From positions 128,001-192,000 of the forward strand of contig JBPOGH010000008.1 of the NCBI GenBank assembly GCA_051252135.1: a stretch of 64,000 nucleotides of DNA, written 5' to 3'. A program made the position numbers and the translations under genes. Each line of letters begins with the position of its first letter. Within the stretch, counting starts at the first letter, position 1. A model generated the notes under the pieces. That model was not told the origin of the DNA. It saw nothing but the letters and a program-made list of their open reading frames with translations, and searched no databases. Shown in pieces: positions 1-9,473 of the stretch. The DNA is from Verrucomicrobiaceae bacterium. Its GTDB lineage: Bacteria; Verrucomicrobiota; Verrucomicrobiia; Verrucomicrobiales; Akkermansiaceae.

Positions 1-506
1 ACCTGCGGCAACAAATCACTCCGCCGCTCAATCGGACCCGCCACAATCTGCGGAAAAAACGACGCAAAATTCAAACAATCCAGAAACTCCGGCAGCGGCT
101 CCTTCCCCTTCACCGTATCCACCACCAACCCCACCATCTGGAAGGTATAAAAGGACAAGCCCACCGGAATCAACAAACCCCGCAACCCCTCCGGCGTCTC
201 CCCCATCACCTGCCCCGTCACAAACGGCGCATACTTGTAAAACACCAGAGGCAACAACTGAAACACCGACACCAACCCCAAAAACACCTTCGAATCCCTC
301 CCCGATCTCAACGCCAAATACGTCACCCCAAAGACAAACAAAAACACCCCCAGCGTCAGCCAACTCTCCAGCCCCAACAACGTCAGACTCAACCCCGCCA
401 ACAACAACCGGTCCGTCCGCCCGTCCTTCCGGAAACACCGCACCAACCCGATGATCACCAGCCCGGCGAACAGGCTGAGCCAAAAGCCCGGTAGCGAGAA
501 ATTCAT
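1..506 (-). CDS. MBOAT family O-acyltransferase (AlgI/DltB-like), truncated by window edge
   Basis: Not in the ORF track. Manual translation from ATG at 506 gives MNFSLPGFWLSLF...LVFYKY...IPVGLSFYTFQMVGLVVD...FFPQIVAGPIERR, the AlgI-type signature motifs. Confidence 0.9.
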   Translation of the reverse strand, partial: MNFSLPGFWLSLFAGLVIIGLVRCFRKDGRTDRLLLAGLSLTLLGLESWLTLGVFLFVFGVTYLALRSGRDSKVFLGLVSVFQLLPLVFYKYAPFVTGQVMGETPEGLRGLLIPVGLSFYTFQMVGLVVDTVKGKEPLPEFLDCLNFASFFPQIVAGPIERRSDLLPQ

Positions 507-521
507 CTGCGAAAAACCCTA

Positions 522-1409
522 CTACAGCGTCGCCTTCATGCGGAAGAACTTCTTACCCCCACTCTTCGGAGCCCGCATAATCACCCAATTGGGAAAGACC
601 TCAACCCGCGTCGGCGGCACATCCGTCCAATCGTCCGCCTCCCCCGTATCACTCTCCTGAAACACCAGATTCCCCGTCCCAATATAAGGAACCTCCCACG
701 CCATCATCGTTGGATCCTCCGGGTCCTCCTCAAATGTCCCCGGCAACACCCCCTTCTCCTTCGGATTCAATTCCAGCGTAAACTCCAGCAGATTCGGAAT
801 CCCATCCCCGTCCGGATCCCCGTTCGGGCCCGAGATCGCCTCATCCGCCAAATCATCCCCAACCCAGTGAAGCTCCTGCCACAGTTGAAAAGGAGACTCC
901 GGCTCGGCCACATTAATCGTCAAACGATAAGGCGGCGTCTTATTTCCCTGCAGGTTCTCAAAACGATACCCCACAATCGTTACCTGGTAGCTTCCCGGCA
1001 CCGTGATCACCCCTTCCAGGGTCCCCCCTGGCAGGAGAAATTCTCTCGGAGGATCTCCAAAGAACGTCTTAATACCCCACGTGTACGCAACCGATCCCGG
1101 AGGAAGGCCCGTAACCGAATAGGAAGCTGCCGTGTGGTTCCCCCCACTCTCAAACACCCATTTGAAATTCTCCCCCACCGTCGTCTCCGCCGGATTGTCA
1201 TACCCCACCGACGGAGTCACAAAGGTCGTCTGCCCCGTCAGCGTATCAATCCCCGCAAAACTCACCGTCAACGGAGTCGCCAATCGCAAGGTCGCCGGTG
1301 ACGAAAACAACGGAGCCAGATGCTTCACAAACGGAACCCGTTGGGCCGCCACCGATAAGGCACTCGCCGAATAATGGAGCACCCGCTGCCCCTGCAATTT
1401 GAAATTCAT
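522..1409 (-). CDS. Exported putative-Ig-domain protein with DPDGDG motif and C-terminal FFR domain; candidate flavinylation substrate
   Basis: Start MNFKLQ at 1409 overlaps the upstream stop (ATGA). Contains YSVTGLPPG...GTLEG...PGSYQVTI (putative Ig), DPDGDGIPNLLEF and a KKFFRMK end; DTLTGQT near the N-terminus. Confidence 0.75.
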   Translation of the reverse strand: MNFKLQGQRVLHYSASALSVAAQRVPFVKHLAPLFSSPATLRLATPLTVSFAGIDTLTGQTTFVTPSVGYDNPAETTVGENFKWVFESGGNHTAASYSVTGLPPGSVAYTWGIKTFFGDPPREFLLPGGTLEGVITVPGSYQVTIVGYRFENLQGNKTPPYRLTINVAEPESPFQLWQELHWVGDDLADEAISGPNGDPDGDGIPNLLEFTLELNPKEKGVLPGTFEEDPEDPTMMAWEVPYIGTGNLVFQESDTGEADDWTDVPPTRVEVFPNWVIMRAPKSGGKKFFRMKATL

Positions 1410-1636
1410 CGTTCGATTTGAGTTAAGGTCAGATTGCACCCGCAGCCACCACCACCCACCCCGTTCCCGCCGTGCGACGCCTCCCGCGAGAAATACAAAT
1501 GATCCGCCATCGCATCCCCCACCGGATCCCGATCCGGCTTCATCACCTTCGACGCAAGATAGCCGCGTTGATCGGAAGCCACCTTGGCACAAGAGCTCAA
1601 CAAAAGAACCGGTAGAAAAAATAGGGCAGGTTTCAT
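1406..1636 (-). CDS. DUF4266 family small lipoprotein
   Basis: MKPALFFLPVLLLSSC lipobox and REASHGGNGVGGGGCGCN signature; ATGA-coupled to apbE. Confidence 0.85.
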   Translation of the reverse strand: MKPALFFLPVLLLSSCAKVASDQRGYLASKVMKPDRDPVGDAMADHLYFSREASHGGNGVGGGGCGCNLTLTQIER

Positions 1637-2580
1637 GACGGGATAAGATAACGGTGAATGTTCTCTGAAAAATAAAGTTGGTCTGCAGTTTGAAAAAGCG
1701 CCGCCGCATTCAGCGTCCGGTCCACCTCCGCAAGCCCCTCCTCCACTCCGGTTACGCACGAAACCGTCGAAAGGATGCCTGCCGTCAAACAATCTCCCGC
1801 CAAACAGCTCGCGGTCAACAGCTCATTCTCCACCGGCCACCCCGTCCGCGCATCAATAATGTGCCCGAACACCTTCCCCCCAACCGTCCGAAACCGCCGC
1901 CCGTTCCCCGAGGTCGCCAACCCCACATCCCTGATCGCCACCCGATGCACCGCCGAGTCCAACTCCCGCGCATTCTCCACCCCCACCACCCAATACGGCC
2001 CATGCGGCGGCGATCCCAGAGTCGCCACATCCCGACCCAAATCCACCAGGGCATGCTCCACCCCGCACTCCCGCGCCAACCGAATCAACCGGTCCACCGC
2101 ATACTCCTTCCCAAACCCCCCAATCTCCATCGCCATCCCCGCCTCCGGTAAAAATATCCGCCCCTCCTCATACTCCACCGCCCCCCAACTCACCCGCGCC
2201 ACCGTCGCCGCAATCTCCCCGTCCCCCGGCATCCGGTCCTCCCTCGCCGCCGCATCCCAAAGGTGCGTCAGCGGAAGCGATGTCGGGTCAATCAACCCTC
2301 CACTCGTCCGAAAGGTATAATCACACAAAGCCACCACCTCATCCTCCTCCTCACTCAGCGCCACCGACTCCCTCCCCGCCAATTCATTGATCCGGCACAA
2401 GAGCGACCCCGCCTTAAACCGCGACCACCTCTCCTCAAACTCCCGGATCCACCGCAACACCTCCGACCGGAACTCCTTCGCCACCTCCACCTCCCCCGTC
2501 CGGAACTGCACCACACAATCCGTCCCCAACGCCTTAAAGCGCAGCTTGAAAAGTCCGGGGCTAAGGTCCGCTACATTCAT
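1633..2580 (-). CDS. apbE: FAD:protein FMN transferase
   Basis: ALGT, WSRF..S.L.RIN, G.IDPT, GGFGKEYAVD, LGRD, ATSG..RR, HIID.RTGWP motifs. No obvious signal peptide. Confidence 0.92.
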   Translation of the reverse strand: MNVADLSPGLFKLRFKALGTDCVVQFRTGEVEVAKEFRSEVLRWIREFEERWSRFKAGSLLCRINELAGRESVALSEEEDEVVALCDYTFRTSGGLIDPTSLPLTHLWDAAAREDRMPGDGEIAATVARVSWGAVEYEEGRIFLPEAGMAMEIGGFGKEYAVDRLIRLARECGVEHALVDLGRDVATLGSPPHGPYWVVGVENARELDSAVHRVAIRDVGLATSGNGRRFRTVGGKVFGHIIDARTGWPVENELLTASCLAGDCLTAGILSTVSCVTGVEEGLAEVDRTLNAAALFQTADQLYFSENIHRYLIPS

Positions 2581-2583
2581 CAC

Positions 2584-3732
2584 CTAAAATTCATAATTCA
2601 CCCCAAGCGTAATCACGTTCGCCTTCGGGAAGAAAATATCCGGCGTCCCCGCACTCCGCCCAAACATCTCATAACGCTCGATCTTAAAATCCACCGCCAA
2701 CTCCTCCGTCGCCTCAAAGGTAAACTTCACCCCCGCCGTCGCCGCCTCAAAGGCCGACAACCGGTAATCCGGTGAAAAAAACGGAGCCTGCCCCTGGATC
2801 GCCTGAAACCCCGCAAAGTTCTGCCCCGTCAGCGTCGGATAATAATAGTCCGCCGCACCCTGACGGTAATAACGCACATACGGCGTCACACTCAACTCAT
2901 CCGTCACCTGCTGAATCCACTTCACCTCAAAGGTGTGCCCCACCAACCCGTCGCTGTTCGCAAAAAAACGGTAGGACGGAGCCAAGGCCGCGTCCACCCC
3001 CGGGAAATAATGACGCCCCGCCACCTTCAGCACCCACCGGTCCTGCTCCCCCGGACGGTTCTCCGGAGCCGGAATATGAAACCCTCCCGGATTGAACACC
3101 TGCGAGATCGCCCGATACGGATCCGCCAAAAACCCCTTCGTGTGACCATAACCCATCGTCACATCCAGAATCGTCCGCGTCCCCATCAGCTGGGAAACCC
3201 CCAGAGTCAAATCCAGCGCATCCTTGTTCTCCTCCTGCACCAAAAAACCCGCCGCCTTCACCTTGTCCAGCGCCACCGATACCCCCGCCGTCACCGTCGT
3301 ATTCTTCTCAAAAAACTCACTCCGCCACTTCGCCGCCAACGCATTGGACAAATAATCATCCTCCTCACTCCGGGCATACTCAAAGGTCAGCGTGTGATCC
3401 TCCATCTCATGCTCCAGCGTCACAATCGTCACATAACGCTCATCCTCAATCTGCTGAAACTGCCAATCGTCCGGATCCCGGTTCGCATGCGTCCCCGTCG
3501 GCGTCTGACCACTCAGACTATCCACCGCCAATCTCAGACCCAAAGTCGTCTTGTCCCACCCGTTCGACTGCAACCAGCTGTGCTTGTAGTCCAGATAATG
3601 CGACACCACATCAATCCGCCCGTTCTCCTCATCGTAATACTGATACTTGTAACGAAGAACATCCTGCCCCTCGCTTGCGGACGTCGCCAAGAGAGGCAGG
3701 GCAGGAAAAAGCGATGTTCGTGGGCGCAGCAT
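2584..3732 (-). CDS. DUF3570 family outer-membrane beta-barrel protein
   Basis: Signal peptide, DSLSGQT, SEEDDYLS, GFLADPY, ENRP, YRFF.NSDG, DYRLS; ends in YEF; adjacent to apbE and DUF4266. Confidence 0.85.
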   Translation of the reverse strand: MLRPRTSLFPALPLLATSASEGQDVLRYKYQYYDEENGRIDVVSHYLDYKHSWLQSNGWDKTTLGLRLAVDSLSGQTPTGTHANRDPDDWQFQQIEDERYVTIVTLEHEMEDHTLTFEYARSEEDDYLSNALAAKWRSEFFEKNTTVTAGVSVALDKVKAAGFLVQEENKDALDLTLGVSQLMGTRTILDVTMGYGHTKGFLADPYRAISQVFNPGGFHIPAPENRPGEQDRWVLKVAGRHYFPGVDAALAPSYRFFANSDGLVGHTFEVKWIQQVTDELSVTPYVRYYRQGAADYYYPTLTGQNFAGFQAIQGQAPFFSPDYRLSAFEAATAGVKFTFEATEELAVDFKIERYEMFGRSAGTPDIFFPKANVITLGVNYEF

Positions 3733-3838
3733 GGGAATTCTGATTTGCCGAAGCTAACCAACCATCCCCCCTCAAAGGAAGGCCGGACTTCACCCCTTGC
3801 TCAAACCGTTCCCCCCGCCCGTTCCAAAAATCCCCAAT

Positions 3839-4714
3839 CTAATGATTCCCCTCAAGGTCCTCATCATGAACCTGCTCGATCTCCGCATCCTTGCGCAACT
3901 CGTCCGCCAGCGCCTGCAGCGCCCTCCGCTTCTTCCGCGCCAACGCCCGATTCGTCACCTCCTCCCGCACCTCCTCCAACGGCGTCACATGACCCGCCTT
4001 CACCCCCGTCACCTTGATCAGATGAAAAGCATGTTCATAAGTCATCACCGGCGACACCTCACCATCTCGCAGCGAGAAAAGAATCGACTCAAACGGATTC
4101 GTCGGACGATCCAGATCAATCCAATCCAAATCAATCTCACCCGTCGACTTCTCCGTCTCCCGCTTCGCGATCTCGATAAAATCTCCTCCCTCCAGCGCCT
4201 CCTCCCGAATCTCACACATCCGCTGATAAAGCTCCGGCGGCGACACCTCCTCGGAGATCGGCTTCATCAAGTGCAAACACCGCGCCTCCGCCGCCACCCG
4301 GTAATCCTTCTCAAACTCCCGGTAAAACTCCTCCACCTCCTCCTCGCTCACTTCACTGTCATCCCCCATCAACTCATCGATCAGCTTCTCCATCCGCAAC
4401 GAGGCCGATATCTCATACCGCATCGCATCCCGCTGCTGCTCCAACATCTCCCACGACGCCCCGTGCTCCCGGAAACGATCAATCATCTCCTTCAAGTGCG
4501 GCTTGATCTCCTCCTCCGGAATCTCCGCGTGACGCTTCTCCGCCTCCTGCGCAATCAAAATGGAATCCGCCACCTCCTTCTCCGCCTGCTCCCGAAATTC
4601 CGGATCCTTCTCACAACAGGAAACCTGAAGCCGTTGCTCGGCCTCCGCCTTAATCCGGGAAAAACTCTCTTCAATCAGGTCGGGATTCACCAACTCACCA
4701 TTCACACGAAGCAT
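3839..4714 (-). CDS. Parvulin (PpiC)-type peptidyl-prolyl isomerase with SurA-like N-terminal region
   Basis: ARCLHLM...FIEIAKRE...DLDW...FESILFSL.DGEVSPV.T..AFHLIKV rotamase pattern. Confidence 0.85.
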   Translation of the reverse strand: MLRVNGELVNPDLIEESFSRIKAEAEQRLQVSCCEKDPEFREQAEKEVADSILIAQEAEKRHAEIPEEEIKPHLKEMIDRFREHGASWEMLEQQRDAMRYEISASLRMEKLIDELMGDDSEVSEEEVEEFYREFEKDYRVAAEARCLHLMKPISEEVSPPELYQRMCEIREEALEGGDFIEIAKRETEKSTGEIDLDWIDLDRPTNPFESILFSLRDGEVSPVMTYEHAFHLIKVTGVKAGHVTPLEEVREEVTNRALARKKRRALQALADELRKDAEIEQVHDEDLEGNH

Positions 4715-5099
4715 GGCCGGACGATGTACCGGGATTCCCGATTCGCCAAGTGACTAGCTCGGTTTTTCCTCTCCCCAAACCGCAATTCACCCGACCGCGC
4801 CGATCCACCAATAGCGTCCATTTAAGCCAAATTGCGTAAAATTACTTAAGCTAAGCAAAAGATGTGAATTGCCCGCATACACAAAAATTTAAATTTTTCT
4901 TACAGTCTGCACAACCTCTTGATCGTGGAAAATGAACAATTTGAATCGACGCAAATTAATGCACATCGGGGGATTTAGCCCACCTCTTTAATAGAGGCGT
5001 TTTATTTGATATTCTTGATAATTCTAACCCTCTGAGTTTCAGCGCCGATTTCGACTTTACGGAATCCTTAATTTCTAAAAAAAGTCGGTCCCCCTAAAT

Positions 5100-6089
5100 A
5101 TGAAAACATCAAGACTGCGTGGTCTTTCACGATCACTGATATTACCAGCTGCACTCGCCAGTAGTGCAGGCACCGCACAAGCCTACCTCGGTGGCTTTGA
5201 ACAAGAAGACGGATACCGCGACTTCCTCGGCCGCGTCGAGACCTACAACGCCGGCCAATACGGCGCAAACGTCAACCCCTCCGCCACTTCCACCAACATT
5301 CCCACCAACTCGGGAGCATGGCAAAAAATCGTAGGCACCTCCGGTGTCTACGCCACCGGCCACTTTGGCCGTGACCGCCTGAACCCCGGTTCCGCTCACA
5401 ACGGCGGCTACCAGGCACTTGTCATCACCACCAACGGAGACGGCTGGGCCGGCACGGGTCAGACTTATGACTACGATCTCGACGCCCTCGACCTCGGCGG
5501 CGCCGACCCCCTCAACACCTCCAGTTCAAAGGTGAACCTCAGCTTCTGGTCCTGCCCAACCGACATCTACGGCGCCGACCAAATGCCCAGCGGCTACTTT
5601 GGTGATAGCGTCGCCTTCCGCGATTCCTCCGGAAACGTTGGAGTCTCCGTCGGTTACCACATTGCCAATGATACCGGGAGTTATGGTAACGTCACTCTCG
5701 CCTACAACCTGAATGGCACTTGGGTCGACACCGGAATCGATGCCGCCAACTCCTATTATCAGCAGTGGGACGTCACTCTCGATCTGGCAAACCAGACCGT
5801 GAATGTCGACCTCGTCGACGGCGGATACACCAAGACTCCCATCAGCACCGGAGTTCCCCAATACGTTGGCACCGGCAACCGCACGACCTTCATCAACAAT
5901 CAGGCTCTCACCACCAACATGAGCAACCTGACCAGCCTGCAGTTCCACTCCTCACCGGGAGCAAGCAACAGCAAGCAATGGCAGGTCGATGACTTCAAGG
6001 GCAGCATTGTTGCTGTCCCCGAACCAAGCAGCACCCTGCTCGTGCTCCTCAGTTCCATCGTCCTCACCGCACGCCGTCGGCGCACGTAG
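5100..6089 (+). CDS. PEP-CTERM sorting domain surface protein
   Basis: Signal peptide; C-terminal VPEPSS + hydrophobic helix + RRRR. Confidence 0.9.
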   Translation: MKTSRLRGLSRSLILPAALASSAGTAQAYLGGFEQEDGYRDFLGRVETYNAGQYGANVNPSATSTNIPTNSGAWQKIVGTSGVYATGHFGRDRLNPGSAHNGGYQALVITTNGDGWAGTGQTYDYDLDALDLGGADPLNTSSSKVNLSFWSCPTDIYGADQMPSGYFGDSVAFRDSSGNVGVSVGYHIANDTGSYGNVTLAYNLNGTWVDTGIDAANSYYQQWDVTLDLANQTVNVDLVDGGYTKTPISTGVPQYVGTGNRTTFINNQALTTNMSNLTSLQFHSSPGASNSKQWQVDDFKGSIVAVPEPSSTLLVLLSSIVLTARRRRT

Positions 6090-6127
6090 ACGGTCTAAAA
6101 CGACATTCGTTTAACAAGCTTCATGCG

Positions 6128-6155
6128 ACAGGCGGGACCTCACGGTTCCGCCTGT
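6128..6155. terminator. Hairpin between convergent genes
   Basis: ACAGGCGGGACC-TCAC-GGTTCCGCCTGT, followed by TTCATTT. Confidence 0.65.
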
Positions 6156-6164
6156 TTCATTTCC

Positions 6165-7925
6165 TCACTTCTTCAGGACCGGCTCCAGCCACAACCCCCA
6201 ATCTCCCCCGGGGCCATCTTCCGTCGGATGGGTCAGCAACTCGATCTCCTTCACCGAACTCAGATCAATCTCGTACTTCACCACCTTCCCCTCCTTCACC
6301 GTTCCCGATTTCCAAAGCGTCTTCCCGTCACCCTTCACTTCAAACTGCACCGACCCATGGAGCCCCGCCGCAATCCCCGCCGATCCCTCCAGCCTCTTCC
6401 ACTTGCCACCCAACTCATAAACATGAACCGCCGGCGCATGCGCATAAATCCCACTCGTAAAAATCCGGCCTCCAGCTTCCAGCAAAATCGCCTCCCCCGG
6501 AAGCCGGTCATACGTCGGCCTCCCCCACCCCACCTTCGCCTCCCTCGGCCGCAGCGCCGTCAATGAAACCACTCCCCCCTCTTCCCGCTCCCTCATTCCT
6601 CCACCCATCAGATTCCGCCCGATCTCCCCCGCCTTCCCCTCCGGCAGCCGCCCCACCAACGCCCGCGCCCGCTCAATCTCACGATTCCTCAATGCCTCCA
6701 CCACCGGAGCAAGCGCCTGCTTCAGCTGAAAGGTCGAAAGATCAGGCCTCCCGTCCGCCCCCACCACATAGGGATAGCGATACTTCGTCTGCGACATCCA
6801 CCCGCCCGTCGACCCATTCACGTGCAGCGGAATAATCCGCAACTCCCCCGTCCTCCCCGCCACCAAAGCATCCGAGGAAAACGTAAAACGCCCCTCCTCA
6901 TCCGGCACCGCCGTCGCCGTCGTCGCATTATAATCCCCGCCACCCTCAGGATCAAAATAACCCACCACCGCATAAACCGGCGGCTCCGCCGTCACCCGCC
7001 CCGAAACCCGAATCGCCTTCCCCTCCGCCACCATCTCAAGCTCCTCCAGGCTCGAAGATACCGGGAGGGTCATCCCCTTCGTCGACCCCGAGAACTGCGG
7101 ATGCGATGCCAGCCGCAGCCCATGCGCCAGGGTCAAAAAAGACCCCTTTCCCTCCCCCCGCAACTCATCTCCATAAGTCCGGTTGCCCGACCCCATCAGC
7201 GCCGTCCCCCGCACCGCCTCATCCGGCCGCTCCTTGCAATGCGGTAACCCCAGCGCATGCCCCAACTCGTGGCACACCCCTCCAATGAAAATCGAATTGT
7301 GCTTCCCCAACGAAATCCGCCCATACTGCCCGTCCCGGATCAGCGGCTCCTTCAACGACAAATTCCTCGGATCCAGCTCCGGTGAATCCAGCTGCCACGC
7401 CGTCCCCCCCTGATGGTTCCCCCCCGCGTAATACGGCGACTTGTGCGCAAAAATCAGCTTCTCCTCATCCCACGACGCCAGATTGCAAAAAATCACCAAG
7501 GTTTCCTTGTTCCCGTCGATCCCCTTTTCTTTGAGAACGGGAAGACACTCCCCCTTCACCTCATTCCCCGAATCCATCCCGTAATGACTCTCCGGATGAA
7601 CCCCCTCGATCAGGTGAATCTTCACCCTCCCCTCCTCCATTGGCAAATTGATCGTGCGCGCCCCAAACCCCAACCGCGCCATCTCCTTCCCGTAAAAATC
7701 GCGGATGTGCTCCATCATCCGCGTCAACCGGGCCTCATAATCCTTCGGCGGCTCCCGATCCCCCGGAGTCCACAACACCAGATGCAACGTCCGCACCTCC
7801 GCCTTTGCCCCCTCATCGTGCCAGGCATCAAGAATCACCCGCGCCGCCTCCGCCTTCTCAAGCTCACCGGGAACGGCTGCAAAACCGGATGAAATCAGGA
7901 AAAAAGAAACAAGAAAACGAATCAT
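6165..7925 (-). CDS. Exported metzincin-type zinc metallopeptidase with C-terminal NPCBM/NEW2 domain
   Basis: HELGHALGLPH zinc motif plus ALMG Met-turn; C-terminal GIYAHAPA...GSVQFEV.GDGK.LW.S...DWGLW (NPCBM). Confidence 0.85.
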   Translation of the reverse strand: MIRFLVSFFLISSGFAAVPGELEKAEAARVILDAWHDEGAKAEVRTLHLVLWTPGDREPPKDYEARLTRMMEHIRDFYGKEMARLGFGARTINLPMEEGRVKIHLIEGVHPESHYGMDSGNEVKGECLPVLKEKGIDGNKETLVIFCNLASWDEEKLIFAHKSPYYAGGNHQGGTAWQLDSPELDPRNLSLKEPLIRDGQYGRISLGKHNSIFIGGVCHELGHALGLPHCKERPDEAVRGTALMGSGNRTYGDELRGEGKGSFLTLAHGLRLASHPQFSGSTKGMTLPVSSSLEELEMVAEGKAIRVSGRVTAEPPVYAVVGYFDPEGGGDYNATTATAVPDEEGRFTFSSDALVAGRTGELRIIPLHVNGSTGGWMSQTKYRYPYVVGADGRPDLSTFQLKQALAPVVEALRNREIERARALVGRLPEGKAGEIGRNLMGGGMREREEGGVVSLTALRPREAKVGWGRPTYDRLPGEAILLEAGGRIFTSGIYAHAPAVHVYELGGKWKRLEGSAGIAAGLHGSVQFEVKGDGKTLWKSGTVKEGKVVKYEIDLSSVKEIELLTHPTEDGPGGDWGLWLEPVLKK

Positions 7926-7934
7926 CGAAAACGT

Positions 7935-8108
7935 CTACGTCTTCGCTTCAAGTAACTTTTCGATTCGATCCAATTTCTTGTCCATCTCATCGAGACGCTT
8001 CTCAATATCCTTGTTGGAACCCTGACTCCCAAAGATGAGCACAATGATCGCAATAAGAATGAGCGACCCGCAGCCAAGCGAGACACTCTGATTTGGTTGA
8101 TCGGCCAT
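7935..8108 (-). CDS. 57-aa single-TM plus coiled-coil small protein
   Basis: Below the ORF-track cutoff: MADQPNQSVSLGCGSLILIAIIVLIFGSQGSNKDIEKRLDEMDKKLDRIEKLLEAKT. Purine-rich AGGGGAGA precedes the ATG, and it fills the gap co-directionally. Confidence 0.7.
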   Translation of the reverse strand: MADQPNQSVSLGCGSLILIAIIVLIFGSQGSNKDIEKRLDEMDKKLDRIEKLLEAKT

Positions 8109-8149
8109 TCTCCCCTATATCACAACCGCCACCCCATGGGCAGCAATGA

Positions 8150-9466
8150 TTAAACCTCCGAACGCCCAATCGCATAGTACTCAATCCCGTGACCCTTCAC
8201 CACCTCCGGATCAAGCAGATTGCGCCCATCAAAAATCATCGGATTCCGCATCCGCTTCTTAAGCTCCTCATACTCAATATTCGCAAACTCCGGCCACTCC
8301 GTCGCAATGACCAGCGCCTCCGCCCCATCCAGACATTCATACCTGTCTCTGACAAAGCTGATCTCCCCCTCAAGAGCACCGAATTTCTGCGCCGTCCCGA
8401 TCGCCTGCGGATCGGTCGCCGTCACCGAGGCCCCCTCATCCAGCATCCGCTTCGCAAGCTTGATGGCCACCGATTCCCGAACATCATCCGTGTTCTGCTT
8501 GAATGCCAATCCCCACAACGCGATCTTCTTCTCACTCAACACCCAGAGCTTCTCGCGAATCTTTCCAAGGAAATGCTCCAGTTGCTCGGCATTGATTTGC
8601 TCAACCTGCTTGAGCAATTCAAAAGGGTAACCGAGTGACTCCGAGATCGCGATAAAGGCCTGAACATCCTTCGGAAAACACGATCCGCCATAGCCCAATC
8701 CCGCATTCAAAAACTGACGCCCAATCCGCGCATCCATCCCGATCCCTTCCGCCACCTTCTCCACATCCGCTCCCGACTTCTCACAAATTCGACCCACCGC
8801 ATTGATGTAGGAAATCTTAAGCGCAAGGAAGGAGTTCGCCGCATGCTTGATCAGCTCCGCCGACTCAATGTCCGTCCCCAGCACCGGAGCACTGAAGGGC
8901 GAGTAAACCCGACGCATTGTATCCGAGGTCTTCTCATCATTGGCCCCAAAGACAATTCGATCCGGGTGCAGCAGATCATCCACCGCACACCCTTCCCGCA
9001 AAAACTCGGGATTGGAAGCCACCCCGAAATCCACCCCATCCCGGGCATATCGGCGCACCGTCTCCGCCACCTTGGCCCCCGTGTTCACCGGAACCGTCGA
9101 TTTATCAACGATCACCTTGAAGCCCTGCTCCGGCTGAAGCGACTCCGCAATTTCCCGGGCCACCTTTTCGATAAAGGTCAAATCGACCGAACCATCCGCT
9201 TGCGGCGGGGTCGGCACCGCAATGAAGATCACCTCTCCATGAGCCACCCCCTCTTCGGTCGACGTCGTAAAACGCAGTCGCCCCGCCTCCACATTCTTCG
9301 TCACCAGCTCCGCCAACCCGGGCTCATAAATCGGAAGCTCTCCCCGCAAAAGGGTCTCCACCTTGTCCTCGTTGTTGTCGACGCAGGTCACATCATGACC
9401 CACCTCAGCAAAGCAGCTCCCCGTAGTTAACCCGACGTATCCGGTTCCAATAATGGTAAGTTTCAT
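8150..9466 (-). CDS. ugd: UDP-glucose 6-dehydrogenase
   Basis: IIGTGYVGL, KSTVP, SNPEFLREG, GYGGSCFPKD, FKQNTDDVRES. Confidence 0.95.
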   Translation of the reverse strand: MKLTIIGTGYVGLTTGSCFAEVGHDVTCVDNNEDKVETLLRGELPIYEPGLAELVTKNVEAGRLRFTTSTEEGVAHGEVIFIAVPTPPQADGSVDLTFIEKVAREIAESLQPEQGFKVIVDKSTVPVNTGAKVAETVRRYARDGVDFGVASNPEFLREGCAVDDLLHPDRIVFGANDEKTSDTMRRVYSPFSAPVLGTDIESAELIKHAANSFLALKISYINAVGRICEKSGADVEKVAEGIGMDARIGRQFLNAGLGYGGSCFPKDVQAFIAISESLGYPFELLKQVEQINAEQLEHFLGKIREKLWVLSEKKIALWGLAFKQNTDDVRESVAIKLAKRMLDEGASVTATDPQAIGTAQKFGALEGEISFVRDRYECLDGAEALVIATEWPEFANIEYEELKKRMRNPMIFDGRNLLDPEVVKGHGIEYYAIGRSEV

Positions 9467-9473
9467 AGATCGA

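Noticed and set aside
28..483. 151-aa ORF in the track
   Set aside because: Alternative frame of the MBOAT gene starting at 506.
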